DNA from: a virus
Virus record (IMG/VR): IMGVR_UViG_3300029314_000002
Span: 5,460 to 69,459 of that record
DNA: 64,000 nt
Direction: 5' to 3' (one strand)
Below, piece after piece: positions 40,359 to 48,714 of the stretch. A program made the position numbers and the translations under genes. Each line of letters opens with the position of its first letter. The stretch's first letter is position 1. The notes beneath the pieces were generated by a model that did not search any database, was not told where the DNA came from, and saw only the letters and a list, made by a program, of their open reading frames with translations.

Positions 40359-40673
40359 ATGGCCGGGACCAACACGTCCTCACTGGCAACGTTGCCAGTG
40401 AGAGAAGAATTCACCACCAATCTACCAGAGGGGACGATGGCGCACGGGGCTTTGCTGGCTTTGCGACGAGCACATTTGAGGGCGCTCACGCAGTTGGCGG
40501 GGTATCTACGCCAGACCCTGTCGCCGGCCGAGCGCGAGCTGTGGCTGCGGATTCGGCAGGCCAGGTTGATCGAACTGGGAGCGGTTGAGGAGTACCTGGC
40601 GTTGCCGAGGACGGTGATGCCGCGGCGTAAGCGGAAGAAGACCGTAGATTGCGGATGGGAAAAAGAACGGTGA
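40359..40673 (+). CDS. Hypothetical protein (contains palindrome copy 2)
   Basis: Start MAGTNTS chosen within ORF 40275..40673. Confidence 0.35.
   Translation: MAGTNTSSLATLPVREEFTTNLPEGTMAHGALLALRRAHLRALTQLAGYLRQTLSPAERELWLRIRQARLIELGAVEEYLALPRTVMPRRKRKKTVDCGWEKER
40379..40402. repeat. Perfect palindrome CTCACTGGCAACGTTGCCAGTGAG, copy 2
   Basis: Identical to 16341..16364. Confidence 0.9.
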
Positions 40674-41989
40674 CTGATGGCGTGATACTACATGTCGGCG
40701 ATTGCCTGGACGTTATGCGGGCAATGGAGCCAAACAGCGTTGACGCCATTGTGACCGATCCTCCCTATGGGCTGGGGTTCATGGGGAAGGATTGGGATCA
40801 CGGGGTGCCGGGCGTGCAGTTCTGGCGTGAGGCGCTGCGAGTTGCCAAGCCTGGGGCGCATCTGCTGGCGTTTGGCGGTACCCGGACATTCCACCGGCTG
40901 GCTGTGACGATTGAGGATGCGGGATGGGAGATTCGGGATACGATCATGTGGGTGTATGGATCGGGTTTCCCGAAATCGCACGATGTGAGCAAGGCGATTG
41001 ACAAGGCGGCAGGTGAAACACGCGAGCGGATCCGGGGCGTGCGCTCCGGTGTCGTGCGAGGAACCTACGCGCAAGACGAATGGTCGAAGGAGTTCAAAGA
41101 TTCCGTGTTGTCGCCCAATCCGATCACTTCCGACGCCGCACGCTGGCAGGGTTGGGGCACGGCGCTGAAACCGGCGTGGGAGCCGATCATTGTGGCCCGG
41201 AAGCCTCTGCAGGGGACGGTGGCCGCCAATGTGCTTGAATGGGGCACGGGAGCGATCAATGTGGATGGGTGTAGGGTGGGGACGGCTGAAGACCTGAATC
41301 CCACAGACTATGACGATTCACGACGCACAGCGCCAAAGTTCAGCGGGAAGTATAACAACGGGAAGGATGGACAATACCGCGCCAGGACTGGCGCGGTACC
41401 ACCGGGAAGATGGCCTGCAAACGTCATTCACGACGGCAGCGATGAGGTGGTGGCGGGGTTTCCAGTGACGGGGAACAGTTACCGCGAGAACCGCGAAAAT
41501 CACAAGCCGGTCGTAAGTGGTATGTTTCACGGTTCCAACGGCGCAACGCCACACAATGACGCCGGCAGTGCTGCGCGCTTCTTCTACTGTGCGAAGGCGA
41601 GCAAGGCGGATCGGGATGAGGGGCTGGATGGGATGGATGAGCGTGATGCAAGTGTGGGCGATAGGCGACCAAGCGGAAGTATGAGCCAGCGCATACATGC
41701 AGACGAAGGTAGACCAGATACCACGGCCCGCAACCATCACCCGACGGTCAAGCCAATCGCCCTCATGTGCTACCTGGTGCGGTTGGTGACACCGCCTGGC
41801 GGGGTGGTGCTCGATCCGTTCATGGGCAGTGGCAGCACGGGCAAGGCGGCAATGTTGGAAGGTTTCCGCTTCATCGGGATCGAGATGGACGCTGATTACC
41901 TGGACATTGCGCGGCGGCGTATTGGGGCGGTGCGGCTTCCGCTGTTGCAGATTGAGCAGGATGGCGCAATGGAGGATGGGAGCAGGTGA
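40649..41989 (+). CDS. Beta-class N6A/N4C DNA methyltransferase
   Basis: IVTDPPYG (motif IV) then VLDPFMGSGSTG (motif I). Confidence 0.9.
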   Translation: MRMGKRTVTDGVILHVGDCLDVMRAMEPNSVDAIVTDPPYGLGFMGKDWDHGVPGVQFWREALRVAKPGAHLLAFGGTRTFHRLAVTIEDAGWEIRDTIMWVYGSGFPKSHDVSKAIDKAAGETRERIRGVRSGVVRGTYAQDEWSKEFKDSVLSPNPITSDAARWQGWGTALKPAWEPIIVARKPLQGTVAANVLEWGTGAINVDGCRVGTAEDLNPTDYDDSRRTAPKFSGKYNNGKDGQYRARTGAVPPGRWPANVIHDGSDEVVAGFPVTGNSYRENRENHKPVVSGMFHGSNGATPHNDAGSAARFFYCAKASKADRDEGLDGMDERDASVGDRRPSGSMSQRIHADEGRPDTTARNHHPTVKPIALMCYLVRLVTPPGGVVLDPFMGSGSTGKAAMLEGFRFIGIEMDADYLDIARRRIGAVRLPLLQIEQDGAMEDGSR

Positions 41990-42033
41990 CACAGGGCCCG
42001 GCGGCGGATTTGGGGTGATGAGCAAAATACGAA

Positions 42034-42062
42034 TTGACAAGATTTTGGGGTTGTGGTAAAGT
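42034..42062 (+). promoter_or_regulatory. Promoter TTGACA-N17-TAAAGT
   Basis: Read directly. Confidence 0.6.
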
Positions 42063-42068
42063 TCCTGG

Positions 42069-42348
42069 CACCAGGATCAGTCTTTTGACCGGCCTGGGAT
42101 GCCCGGTGTTTCGGGGGTGGCCCGCTTATCCCACCCAGTACCACCCAGTACCACCCACACCCCCGGAACACGGGAGGCAAGATGCGCAGTGCTCTGGGAG
42201 ACCGTTGAGCATGCCAAGCCGGTGACTGGCTTCACGCCAGGGGCCGGACGTTGGGGGCGGCGCCCAACATAGTTTTCTTCGCTACCGATTTTTATCAGCG
42301 GCGATGAGTCATGCACGAGAGTGCAGGCTCGTCGCCGCTTTTGTTTTT
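42069..42348 (+). ncRNA. Candidate ~280-nt terminated leader/ncRNA upstream of the head genes
   Basis: Promoter-to-terminator unit without a credible ORF; contains CCACCCAGTA x2.5. Confidence 0.4.
42297..42348 (+). terminator. Strong rho-independent terminator
   Basis: AGCGGCGATGAG...(TGCAC-gaga-GTGCA)...CTCGTCGCCGCT + TTTGTTTTT. Confidence 0.8.
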
Positions 42349-42368
42349 GCGCCGAAAGGGGTGTGTGG

Positions 42369-43625
42369 ATGAGGGTTGATTTGGAGAAGGCGGTTTTTGG
42401 TCATCCGGCGCGCGTGGGGCCGGCCATGATGACGCCGGCGGTTGATTTGATGGCGATTGCGGCACGCCATGCGTTCGACGAGACGATTCTGGCGGAACGG
42501 CCGCCCTTCTTCTGGCTGGCCGAGATTAGCAGCAACCGACTGGACGCGTATTACACTCGGATGGCGCCTACGACGCTGCGCAATTTTGGCGTAGAGGCGG
42601 CGGAGGGTGTCACTTTTCAGAACAGCCATCGCTACGCGGAGCTTGGCCTGGGCCGGTCACTGACAGGGACCTACGAGGAAGCAGGCGACGTGGCGCGCGT
42701 GCTGACCGAGTTTTACACGGTGCCTGGGCTGCGGTTGGGCGGCGTGGGGACGGATGATTTCATTGCGGGTGTGCGGAGCGGTCTGCTGCATGACGTGTCC
42801 GTTGGCTTCTACGGCGGGAAGTTCAGATGCTCGCTGTGTGGACGGGATATGCTGCGCGACTGGGACTGCCTGCATGTGCCGGGTATGTTGTACGACCTGC
42901 GCGATCCGCTGGGCAACGTGACGGGGCAGGAAATGGCGGTTGCGTGGGTCGAAGACGCTCACCTCAGCGAGGTGTCGGCGGTTTATGACGGGGCGACGCC
43001 AGGCGCGGCGATCCTGAAGGCGCAACAGGAGGCGGAAGCGGGCCGGTTGCGCGCGGGCCAGGCGACGTTGTTGGAGGCGCGGTATCGGATTCGGCTGCCG
43101 GCCGCGCGCGTGGTGAGAGCCGGGGTTGAGTTGCAACGGAAAAGGAGTAACACGGAACTGATGGACCCAACGATTGAGGAGTTGACCGTCGAGGTCGAGC
43201 GATTGCGGCCGCTGGCGGGTGAGGTTGAGCGGCTGCGGACACTGGCGGATGAGGTCGAGCGGCTGCGGCCACTGACGGATGAGGTTGAGCGGCTGCGACC
43301 GCTGACCGCCGAGGTCGCGCGATTGCGGCCGCTGGCGGATGAGGTCGAGGGCCTGCGCGCGCTGGCTGCGGACGGGACGGCGTATCGAACCGACCTGGTA
43401 GCGGAGGCGCTGGCGGAAGGGGTGCGGGCCAGTGGGGCGCATTTCCAGGCGGATATGTACCGCAGGTTGCTGGAGGCTGCACCGCTGGCGACGATCAAGC
43501 AGATGCGCGACGATTGGCGCGCGCTGGGAGACCGGATTTTTGCCGGCGGCCGGCTGACGACCGACGATGAGCAGAAGCCGGCACTGAGCGAGAAAACCAC
43601 GATGGCCGGGGCCTATCAGGGCTAG
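42369..43625 (+). CDS. Prohead protease (HK97/S78-like) fused to coiled-coil scaffold
   Basis: GVTFQNSHRYAELGLG; six EVERLRPLxD repeats; start MRVDLEK lies after the terminator. Confidence 0.75.
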   Translation: MRVDLEKAVFGHPARVGPAMMTPAVDLMAIAARHAFDETILAERPPFFWLAEISSNRLDAYYTRMAPTTLRNFGVEAAEGVTFQNSHRYAELGLGRSLTGTYEEAGDVARVLTEFYTVPGLRLGGVGTDDFIAGVRSGLLHDVSVGFYGGKFRCSLCGRDMLRDWDCLHVPGMLYDLRDPLGNVTGQEMAVAWVEDAHLSEVSAVYDGATPGAAILKAQQEAEAGRLRAGQATLLEARYRIRLPAARVVRAGVELQRKRSNTELMDPTIEELTVEVERLRPLAGEVERLRTLADEVERLRPLTDEVERLRPLTAEVARLRPLADEVEGLRALAADGTAYRTDLVAEALAEGVRASGAHFQADMYRRLLEAAPLATIKQMRDDWRALGDRIFAGGRLTTDDEQKPALSEKTTMAGAYQG

Positions 43626-43629
43626 GCAG

Positions 43630-43762
43630 AAGTGCAAAGTGCAAAGCGCAGAGTGCAGAGTGCAGAGTGCAGAGTGCAAAGCGCAAAGTGCAGAGTGCAA
43701 AGTGCAAAGTGCAAAGTGCACAGTGCAAAGTGCACAGTGCAAAGTGCACAGTGCAAAGTGAG
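43630..43762 (+). repeat. Heptamer array AGTGCAR, about 19 units
   Basis: gtgcaaa/gtgcaga/gtgcaca units fill the protease-decoration gap. Confidence 0.9.
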
Positions 43763-43794
43763 AAGCAAGGGAAGAACAACAGGAGGGGACGGTA

Positions 43795-44223
43795 ATGGCT
43801 AATCCACGGGATAGCTTTAGTTGGGAAGGGAGCGGACAGGAGTTCGCGGCGTTTTCGATTGACGACTCCACGATCACCTACGATGGGACCAAGACGAACG
43901 GTTCAGCGCAGGTGGGCTTGGCGGTGACGCTGACCGCATCGAGGACGGTGGGGCTTACCACGGACGGCAGCCGAGTCGTCGGTAAGCTGATCTCGGTGGA
44001 GCAGGACAAGTTGTGTGCGGTGCAGGTCGGGGGATTCGTGACCCTGCCATCCGGCGCCAGCGCGTCGCTGACTCCGGGCAAGGCGATCGTGGGGGACCTG
44101 GACACGTCGGCGAAGGGGTACATTCGTGAGGTGGCTACGGCGACCGCAGCCGAGCTTGGGGTGTGCGGTGGCGTCATCATGGATGCGACAGATACCGCGG
44201 CGGTTTGGGTGCTCTTGGGCTAA
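43795..44223 (+). CDS. Head decoration protein candidate (DUF2190-like)
   Basis: Position before the capsid gene; size and Gly/Val-rich beta pattern. Confidence 0.55.
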   Translation: MANPRDSFSWEGSGQEFAAFSIDDSTITYDGTKTNGSAQVGLAVTLTASRTVGLTTDGSRVVGKLISVEQDKLCAVQVGGFVTLPSGASASLTPGKAIVGDLDTSAKGYIREVATATAAELGVCGGVIMDATDTAAVWVLLG

Positions 44224-44286
44224 CCTGCGCCAAAACGCGCGGGGTTGCACGAGAAATCGGAAGACAGAAAACAGGAGGGCTACGAG

Positions 44287-45492
44287 ATGGCTGTGAGTGA
44301 TGTGCGGGCGAGAGCGCAGGAGATTCTGCCGCAAGTGTCGCCCGATATGTTCCGGGACGCGTACAAGCGCGGGATGACGTTTTCGGCCTGGTTGGAGACG
44401 CAAGACCCCAGCCAGGGGTACAAGGATGGCGTTGACGCCTTCGGCCGGCTGCTGCAGGTGGCGGAAATCCGCACCAACACGATGGAAGACCACGGTGTGT
44501 GGGCAGACAAGTTCGAGAAGTTCGACGCCAACGAGCAGACGCGCGCGCTGGCTGTGGAATGGTTCGCCCGCCAGTGGCGCACGGCGCAGTTGGGCCGGCG
44601 TTTCAACACGCGCGGGCTCTACCTCTCGAATGACGATGTGCTGTCCATCTCGGGGGCAGGCGCGATTGCGTACGCGGCCCAGGTGCGCGCGGCCAGTGTG
44701 GTGGGCGCGGCGATCCCTGTGTCGGAACTGGTGGCGCTGACGACTCCGGTGGACGGTGGGACGTATGAGGCGTTTTACCTGACGCCGGTGCCGGCTGAGG
44801 AGCGTATGCTGCGGGTGCCGGAAGCGACGGACATCCCGCTCTCGAAGTTGACTGGCTCAGAGCATCCGATCAGGCTGAAGAAGTACGGTCGCGGGCTCGA
44901 GCAGAGCTATGAGCAGATTCGGCGCACGCCGATTGACAAGGTGGCGTACTGGATTCAGATGATGGCAGCGCAGACCGAGAATGACAAGGTCGCGGCGATC
45001 ATGGATGTCCTGATCAACGGCGACGGAAACCCGAACACGGCGGCCACCAGCTACAACCTGACCACCCTGGACACGGGCGCGACGGCCGGCACGATCACGC
45101 TGAAGGCGTGGCTGGCGTTCAAGATGAAGATGGCAAGCCCGCTGATTCCGACCACGGTGCTGGCCCAGGAGGCGATGGCGCTGCAGTTGCAGTTGCTCAA
45201 CCTGGGCAGTGCAAACGTGCCGCTGATCTTTGCGCCGTCACTGGGCGGGTTCCGCAACATCAACCGGACGGGAGATAACGTGGCACTGGGTTGGACGAGC
45301 GATGCGCCGGCGAACAAGCTGGTGCTCTTCGACAATCGGATGGCCATCGAGCGGGTGTTCGAGATCGCGGGCAACATCACGGAGATCGAGCGCTACGTGC
45401 GCCGGCAGACACAGGCCATCTACATGACCGAGGTGGAGGCGTTCTGTGTGTTCCAGCCGGGTGCAGCCAAGGTGATGAACGTCGCGGCCTGA
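44287..45492 (+). CDS. Major capsid protein
   Basis: 401 aa, AGGAGGG RBS, canonical position. Confidence 0.8.
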   Translation: MAVSDVRARAQEILPQVSPDMFRDAYKRGMTFSAWLETQDPSQGYKDGVDAFGRLLQVAEIRTNTMEDHGVWADKFEKFDANEQTRALAVEWFARQWRTAQLGRRFNTRGLYLSNDDVLSISGAGAIAYAAQVRAASVVGAAIPVSELVALTTPVDGGTYEAFYLTPVPAEERMLRVPEATDIPLSKLTGSEHPIRLKKYGRGLEQSYEQIRRTPIDKVAYWIQMMAAQTENDKVAAIMDVLINGDGNPNTAATSYNLTTLDTGATAGTITLKAWLAFKMKMASPLIPTTVLAQEAMALQLQLLNLGSANVPLIFAPSLGGFRNINRTGDNVALGWTSDAPANKLVLFDNRMAIERVFEIAGNITEIERYVRRQTQAIYMTEVEAFCVFQPGAAKVMNVAA

Positions 45493-45535
45493 GCGGGCAG
45501 TTAGGACGCGAGGCAGAACAACGGAGGGAACAACG

Positions 45536-46123
45536 ATGAAGTCTCAGAAGTATGTGTTCGCGTTGGTGCTTCTTGTTTTGGTGTTGGCGTTGGGGGGATG
45601 CACGCGACAGGCTGCTACCCCCACGCCGGCGCCGGAGTCCAGGGCACTGACGAATCTGGATAGCCTGGCTATCAACGGGACGCTGGCGACGACCGGGGCG
45701 ACGACTGTGGGCGGTGGGTTTGGATCCACGGGCTGCACGTTTAGCGCGGCCGGCACTCTACAGTGCGACGGCGCCGCAACTTTCGCCAGCACTATGGCAT
45801 TGACCGGGAACGCAACCCTGGCCGGGCAGATTGCCTTTACCGCTCCGACACAGATCACGGTGACAGCCGGTTCCACAATTGCGACCGCCAACTATACGGT
45901 GATTCCGCTGACGGCGGCAGGCACGGTGGGAACCTCAGCGGTGACAGGATGTCAGACCGCCGGCAAACTCACTATCCTCCGAAACATTGCTGCTCAAACT
46001 ATCACAATTACCGACACCAGCACGATCATGCTGGGCGGCAATGCGGCGCTGGCCCAATACGACACCCTGACGCTGTTGGGCGACGGCACGAACTGTCTGC
46101 AAATCAGCAAGGCAGATAACTAA
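45536..46123 (+). CDS. Lipobox-bearing beta-rich protein inside the head-neck module
   Basis: LVLVLALGGC signal/lipobox; T/G/A-rich repeats. Confidence 0.6.
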   Translation: MKSQKYVFALVLLVLVLALGGCTRQAATPTPAPESRALTNLDSLAINGTLATTGATTVGGGFGSTGCTFSAAGTLQCDGAATFASTMALTGNATLAGQIAFTAPTQITVTAGSTIATANYTVIPLTAAGTVGTSAVTGCQTAGKLTILRNIAAQTITITDTSTIMLGGNAALAQYDTLTLLGDGTNCLQISKADN

Positions 46124-46141
46124 CCCGGCCGGAGGGGTGCG

Positions 46142-46450
46142 ATGGATGTGATATGGGTGCGTTCTGGTGGGACTCCCGGCGATGCGGTGGCGCTGTGGGA
46201 GCGCGCGCCTGAGCATCCTGACGGCGAGGTGTTCGTGGCGGGGCCGGCGCCTGTGCGGGTGGCGGTGACGCCGGCGGTGATCGCGCGGCTGCGGGATGGC
46301 CGGCTTGTCTTAGATATGCCGGGGACGCCTGCGCCGGATGCGCCTCATGAGCCTGCTGCCGGGGCCAATTCAGCGGCGGCCAGGGGCGATCATCCTGATA
46401 CAGTAGCTGCAAAGCCGGCTACGCCTCCACGGCGCGGCCGAGGGCGGTAG
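46142..46450 (+). CDS. Hypothetical protein
   Basis: 102-aa ORF in register. Confidence 0.45.
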   Translation: MDVIWVRSGGTPGDAVALWERAPEHPDGEVFVAGPAPVRVAVTPAVIARLRDGRLVLDMPGTPAPDAPHEPAAGANSAAARGDHPDTVAAKPATPPRRGRGR

Positions 46451-46453
46451 GTC

Positions 46454-46879
46454 ATGCCGTTCGAGCTTTCGCAGGCGAGGTATCCAGAGATCCGCGCGGC
46501 GCTATCGCCGCTGCTGGACGCTGAGACGCTGACGGATGCGACGATCGGCTTCGACATCTACGCCGGCCGCGCGTGCGCCTGGGTGATGCAGCGCGATCCG
46601 GCCTGGGCGTCCAGGACGGCTGCGGAGATGGCTCACTTGGTGAGCGCGGCGATCCTGCGCTGTGCAAGCCTGATTGCGCCGGCGATGCCGAACCTGACGA
46701 GCGAGAAGTTTGGCGACGGGTATCAGTATGGCGCGGCGCCGGTGGACTGGGCGGCGAGGTCTGCCCAGTTGGCGGCTGCGGCTGATATGGAGATAACAGC
46801 CGTGTTGACGCCAGCCACGGCCACGACGCCGGCCAGGCCGACGATGTTTGCGGTGGCCCACGGAAACAGGGGGCGATGA
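46454..46879 (+). CDS. Head-tail connector/adaptor candidate
   Basis: Position and size. Confidence 0.5.
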   Translation: MPFELSQARYPEIRAALSPLLDAETLTDATIGFDIYAGRACAWVMQRDPAWASRTAAEMAHLVSAAILRCASLIAPAMPNLTSEKFGDGYQYGAAPVDWAARSAQLAAAADMEITAVLTPATATTPARPTMFAVAHGNRGR

Positions 46880-46882
46880 GCG

Positions 46883-47341
46883 ATGCCAGTTATCCTCAGC
46901 GTGCGCATAGTGCCCACCTCGCCGGCGGTGATCCAGCGGGAGATGCGGGCGACGGTGGAGGATGTGGCGCGCTACGCCAGTGGGCGGGCGCGACTGCTCG
47001 CCCGGCAAAGAACAACGTCGGGTAGTGGGCGCTACGCTGACGGGTTCCAGGCCAGTGAGGCGCGGTCTCACGGCGGCGGATACGGGATGGAGGCGGATGT
47101 GTACAGCGACGTGCCGTATGCTGCCTTCCAGGAGGAGGGCACGGGCATCTACGGGCCGCGCGGGCAGGTGATCCGACCGCGGCGTGCAAAGGCGTTGGCG
47201 TGGAGGTCGGGCGGGAAGATGGTTTTTGCCGCCTGGGTGCGAGGTTCGCCGCCGAAGCATGTTCTGCGTGACGCGCTGGCTGACCAGGATGTGATCGCCT
47301 ATTTCCGGGGACGTGCGCTGCAGATGCTGGTGCGACTGTGA
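46883..47341 (+). CDS. HK97 gp10-like head-tail joining protein
   Basis: SDVPYAAFQEEGTGIYGPRG. Confidence 0.6.
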   Translation: MPVILSVRIVPTSPAVIQREMRATVEDVARYASGRARLLARQRTTSGSGRYADGFQASEARSHGGGYGMEADVYSDVPYAAFQEEGTGIYGPRGQVIRPRRAKALAWRSGGKMVFAAWVRGSPPKHVLRDALADQDVIAYFRGRALQMLVRL

Positions 47342-47769
47342 TGAGCAAACCGCGCGGCCTGCGCGCGTTTTTCGAGAAGGCGTGGGTGCGCAACAGCCGG
47401 CCCAGCCTGACGGTGGTGAACCCGGTTAGCACGTGGGTTCTGCCGGCCGGGTATGCGTATGACGAGGCGACAGACGCGGTTCGGCATGAAACCAGCGGTG
47501 CGGTGCTCACTGGGCAAGAGGTGTATTGGGATACGAGCACCGTGCCGTATGTGGCGCAGCGGGCGAGCGAGGAGTTGCAGGCGCTGATGATCGCCGGCGT
47601 GCTGCCGGCCGGGTCTATCGAGGTGGCTGTACGCGCGGAGAACGCCGCGGCGGTCAGGGCGTCGCACCTGGTGCAGGTGAATGGGAAGCGGTACAACGTG
47701 CGTCAGGCGCCGGGTGGGACGGACGAGACGGAAACCGTGGTGCGGATTCGGTTGGAGCGAAGGGAATAG
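47338..47769 (+). CDS. Neck/tail completion protein candidate
   Basis: ATGA overlap; position. Confidence 0.5.
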   Translation: MMSKPRGLRAFFEKAWVRNSRPSLTVVNPVSTWVLPAGYAYDEATDAVRHETSGAVLTGQEVYWDTSTVPYVAQRASEELQALMIAGVLPAGSIEVAVRAENAAAVRASHLVQVNGKRYNVRQAPGGTDETETVVRIRLERRE

Positions 47770-47772
47770 CCA

Positions 47773-48168
47773 GTGATCACGGCGTTTTTGGATTGGTTGG
47801 CCCAGCAGTTGACGGCGAGCCTGGGCGTGCCAGCCGCGAAGGGGTATCCTGCGTGGGGACGCACCGACGGGCGCACACCGTTGGCAGCGATTGTGTTTGT
47901 CGGCGTGGACAGGGGCCAGGCGATGCGGATGGGCGAGACGGCAAAGCGCAAGGCGTACACTTGGGAGGTAACGATCTTCGGCCGGGACGAGATCAACCTG
48001 GGGACGCTGGTGGATGCGCTGCTGACGTGGCTGGATAGCACGCCGCGCGTGACGATTGGCGGGAAGCCCGTGGCGCTGGCCATGGTGCGCGGCATACGGC
48101 GCACATCGGATGCGGAGACGGTGACGGAACAGTACGGGTTTACCGTGGTGATAGATGCGGCGTGGTGA
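47773..48168 (+). CDS. Tail terminator-like protein candidate
   Basis: Position before the tube gene. Confidence 0.5.
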   Translation: MITAFLDWLAQQLTASLGVPAAKGYPAWGRTDGRTPLAAIVFVGVDRGQAMRMGETAKRKAYTWEVTIFGRDEINLGTLVDALLTWLDSTPRVTIGGKPVALAMVRGIRRTSDAETVTEQYGFTVVIDAAW

Positions 48169-48186
48169 GAACTTTGGAGGTACACG

Positions 48187-48705
48187 ATGGCGAGAGTTGA
48201 TTTCAACGCAGCCCTGCAGGTACGTCAGCAGTACCTGAGTCTGCTGTTTCACAAGACGAATGGTGAGGTGAGCTGGACGCTGCTGGATCAGGGGAAGTCT
48301 TTCCAGACGAGCGTGACGGCTGACACGAAGGATTATAAGCGTTTGGGTGACAAGAACGTGAAGACGGTCGGCGGCTCGACGAAGGTTGAGGTGACGTTGA
48401 CGCTGTACACGGAATCGAACCTGGACGAGGTGGCGCGTGCGCTGGGTGTGATTCGCCCGGGCGGCGGCTGGCTGGGCACTGAGCAGATCACCCTCGACCC
48501 GTCAATTTGCATCGGTGATTTCAAGGAGGAGTCCTACAGCGGGACGGTCGTGGGCGTGGCCACTCCGGTACACATCAAGTACATTGACGACTTCTACGGG
48601 ACCAGTATCACCGATGGGTGGGACTCCGAGGAGGACGCGCGTACGATCGAGATCAAGGGCACGGCGTCGCGTTATTACATGACGCCGGTGGTGGCCGGGT
48701 CATAA
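48187..48705 (+). CDS. Major tail (tube) protein candidate
   Basis: Position and size. Confidence 0.6.
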   Translation: MARVDFNAALQVRQQYLSLLFHKTNGEVSWTLLDQGKSFQTSVTADTKDYKRLGDKNVKTVGGSTKVEVTLTLYTESNLDEVARALGVIRPGGGWLGTEQITLDPSICIGDFKEESYSGTVVGVATPVHIKYIDDFYGTSITDGWDSEEDARTIEIKGTASRYYMTPVVAGS

Positions 48706-48714
48706 GGGGGAAAT

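Noticed and set aside
43630-43762. Possible CRISPR arrays at the tandem-repeat loci (43630, 54888, 63186, 63583)
   Set aside because: Units are 7-9 nt and directly abutting, with no unique spacers, and no cas genes are present. These are microsatellites, not CRISPR.
43495-43779. ORFs translating heptamer arrays (FALCTLH-type peptides: 43495..43779-, 54561..54965-, 56526..56894-, 63334..63936-)
   Set aside because: A period-7 repeat gives cyclic peptide artefacts, and there is no start context.
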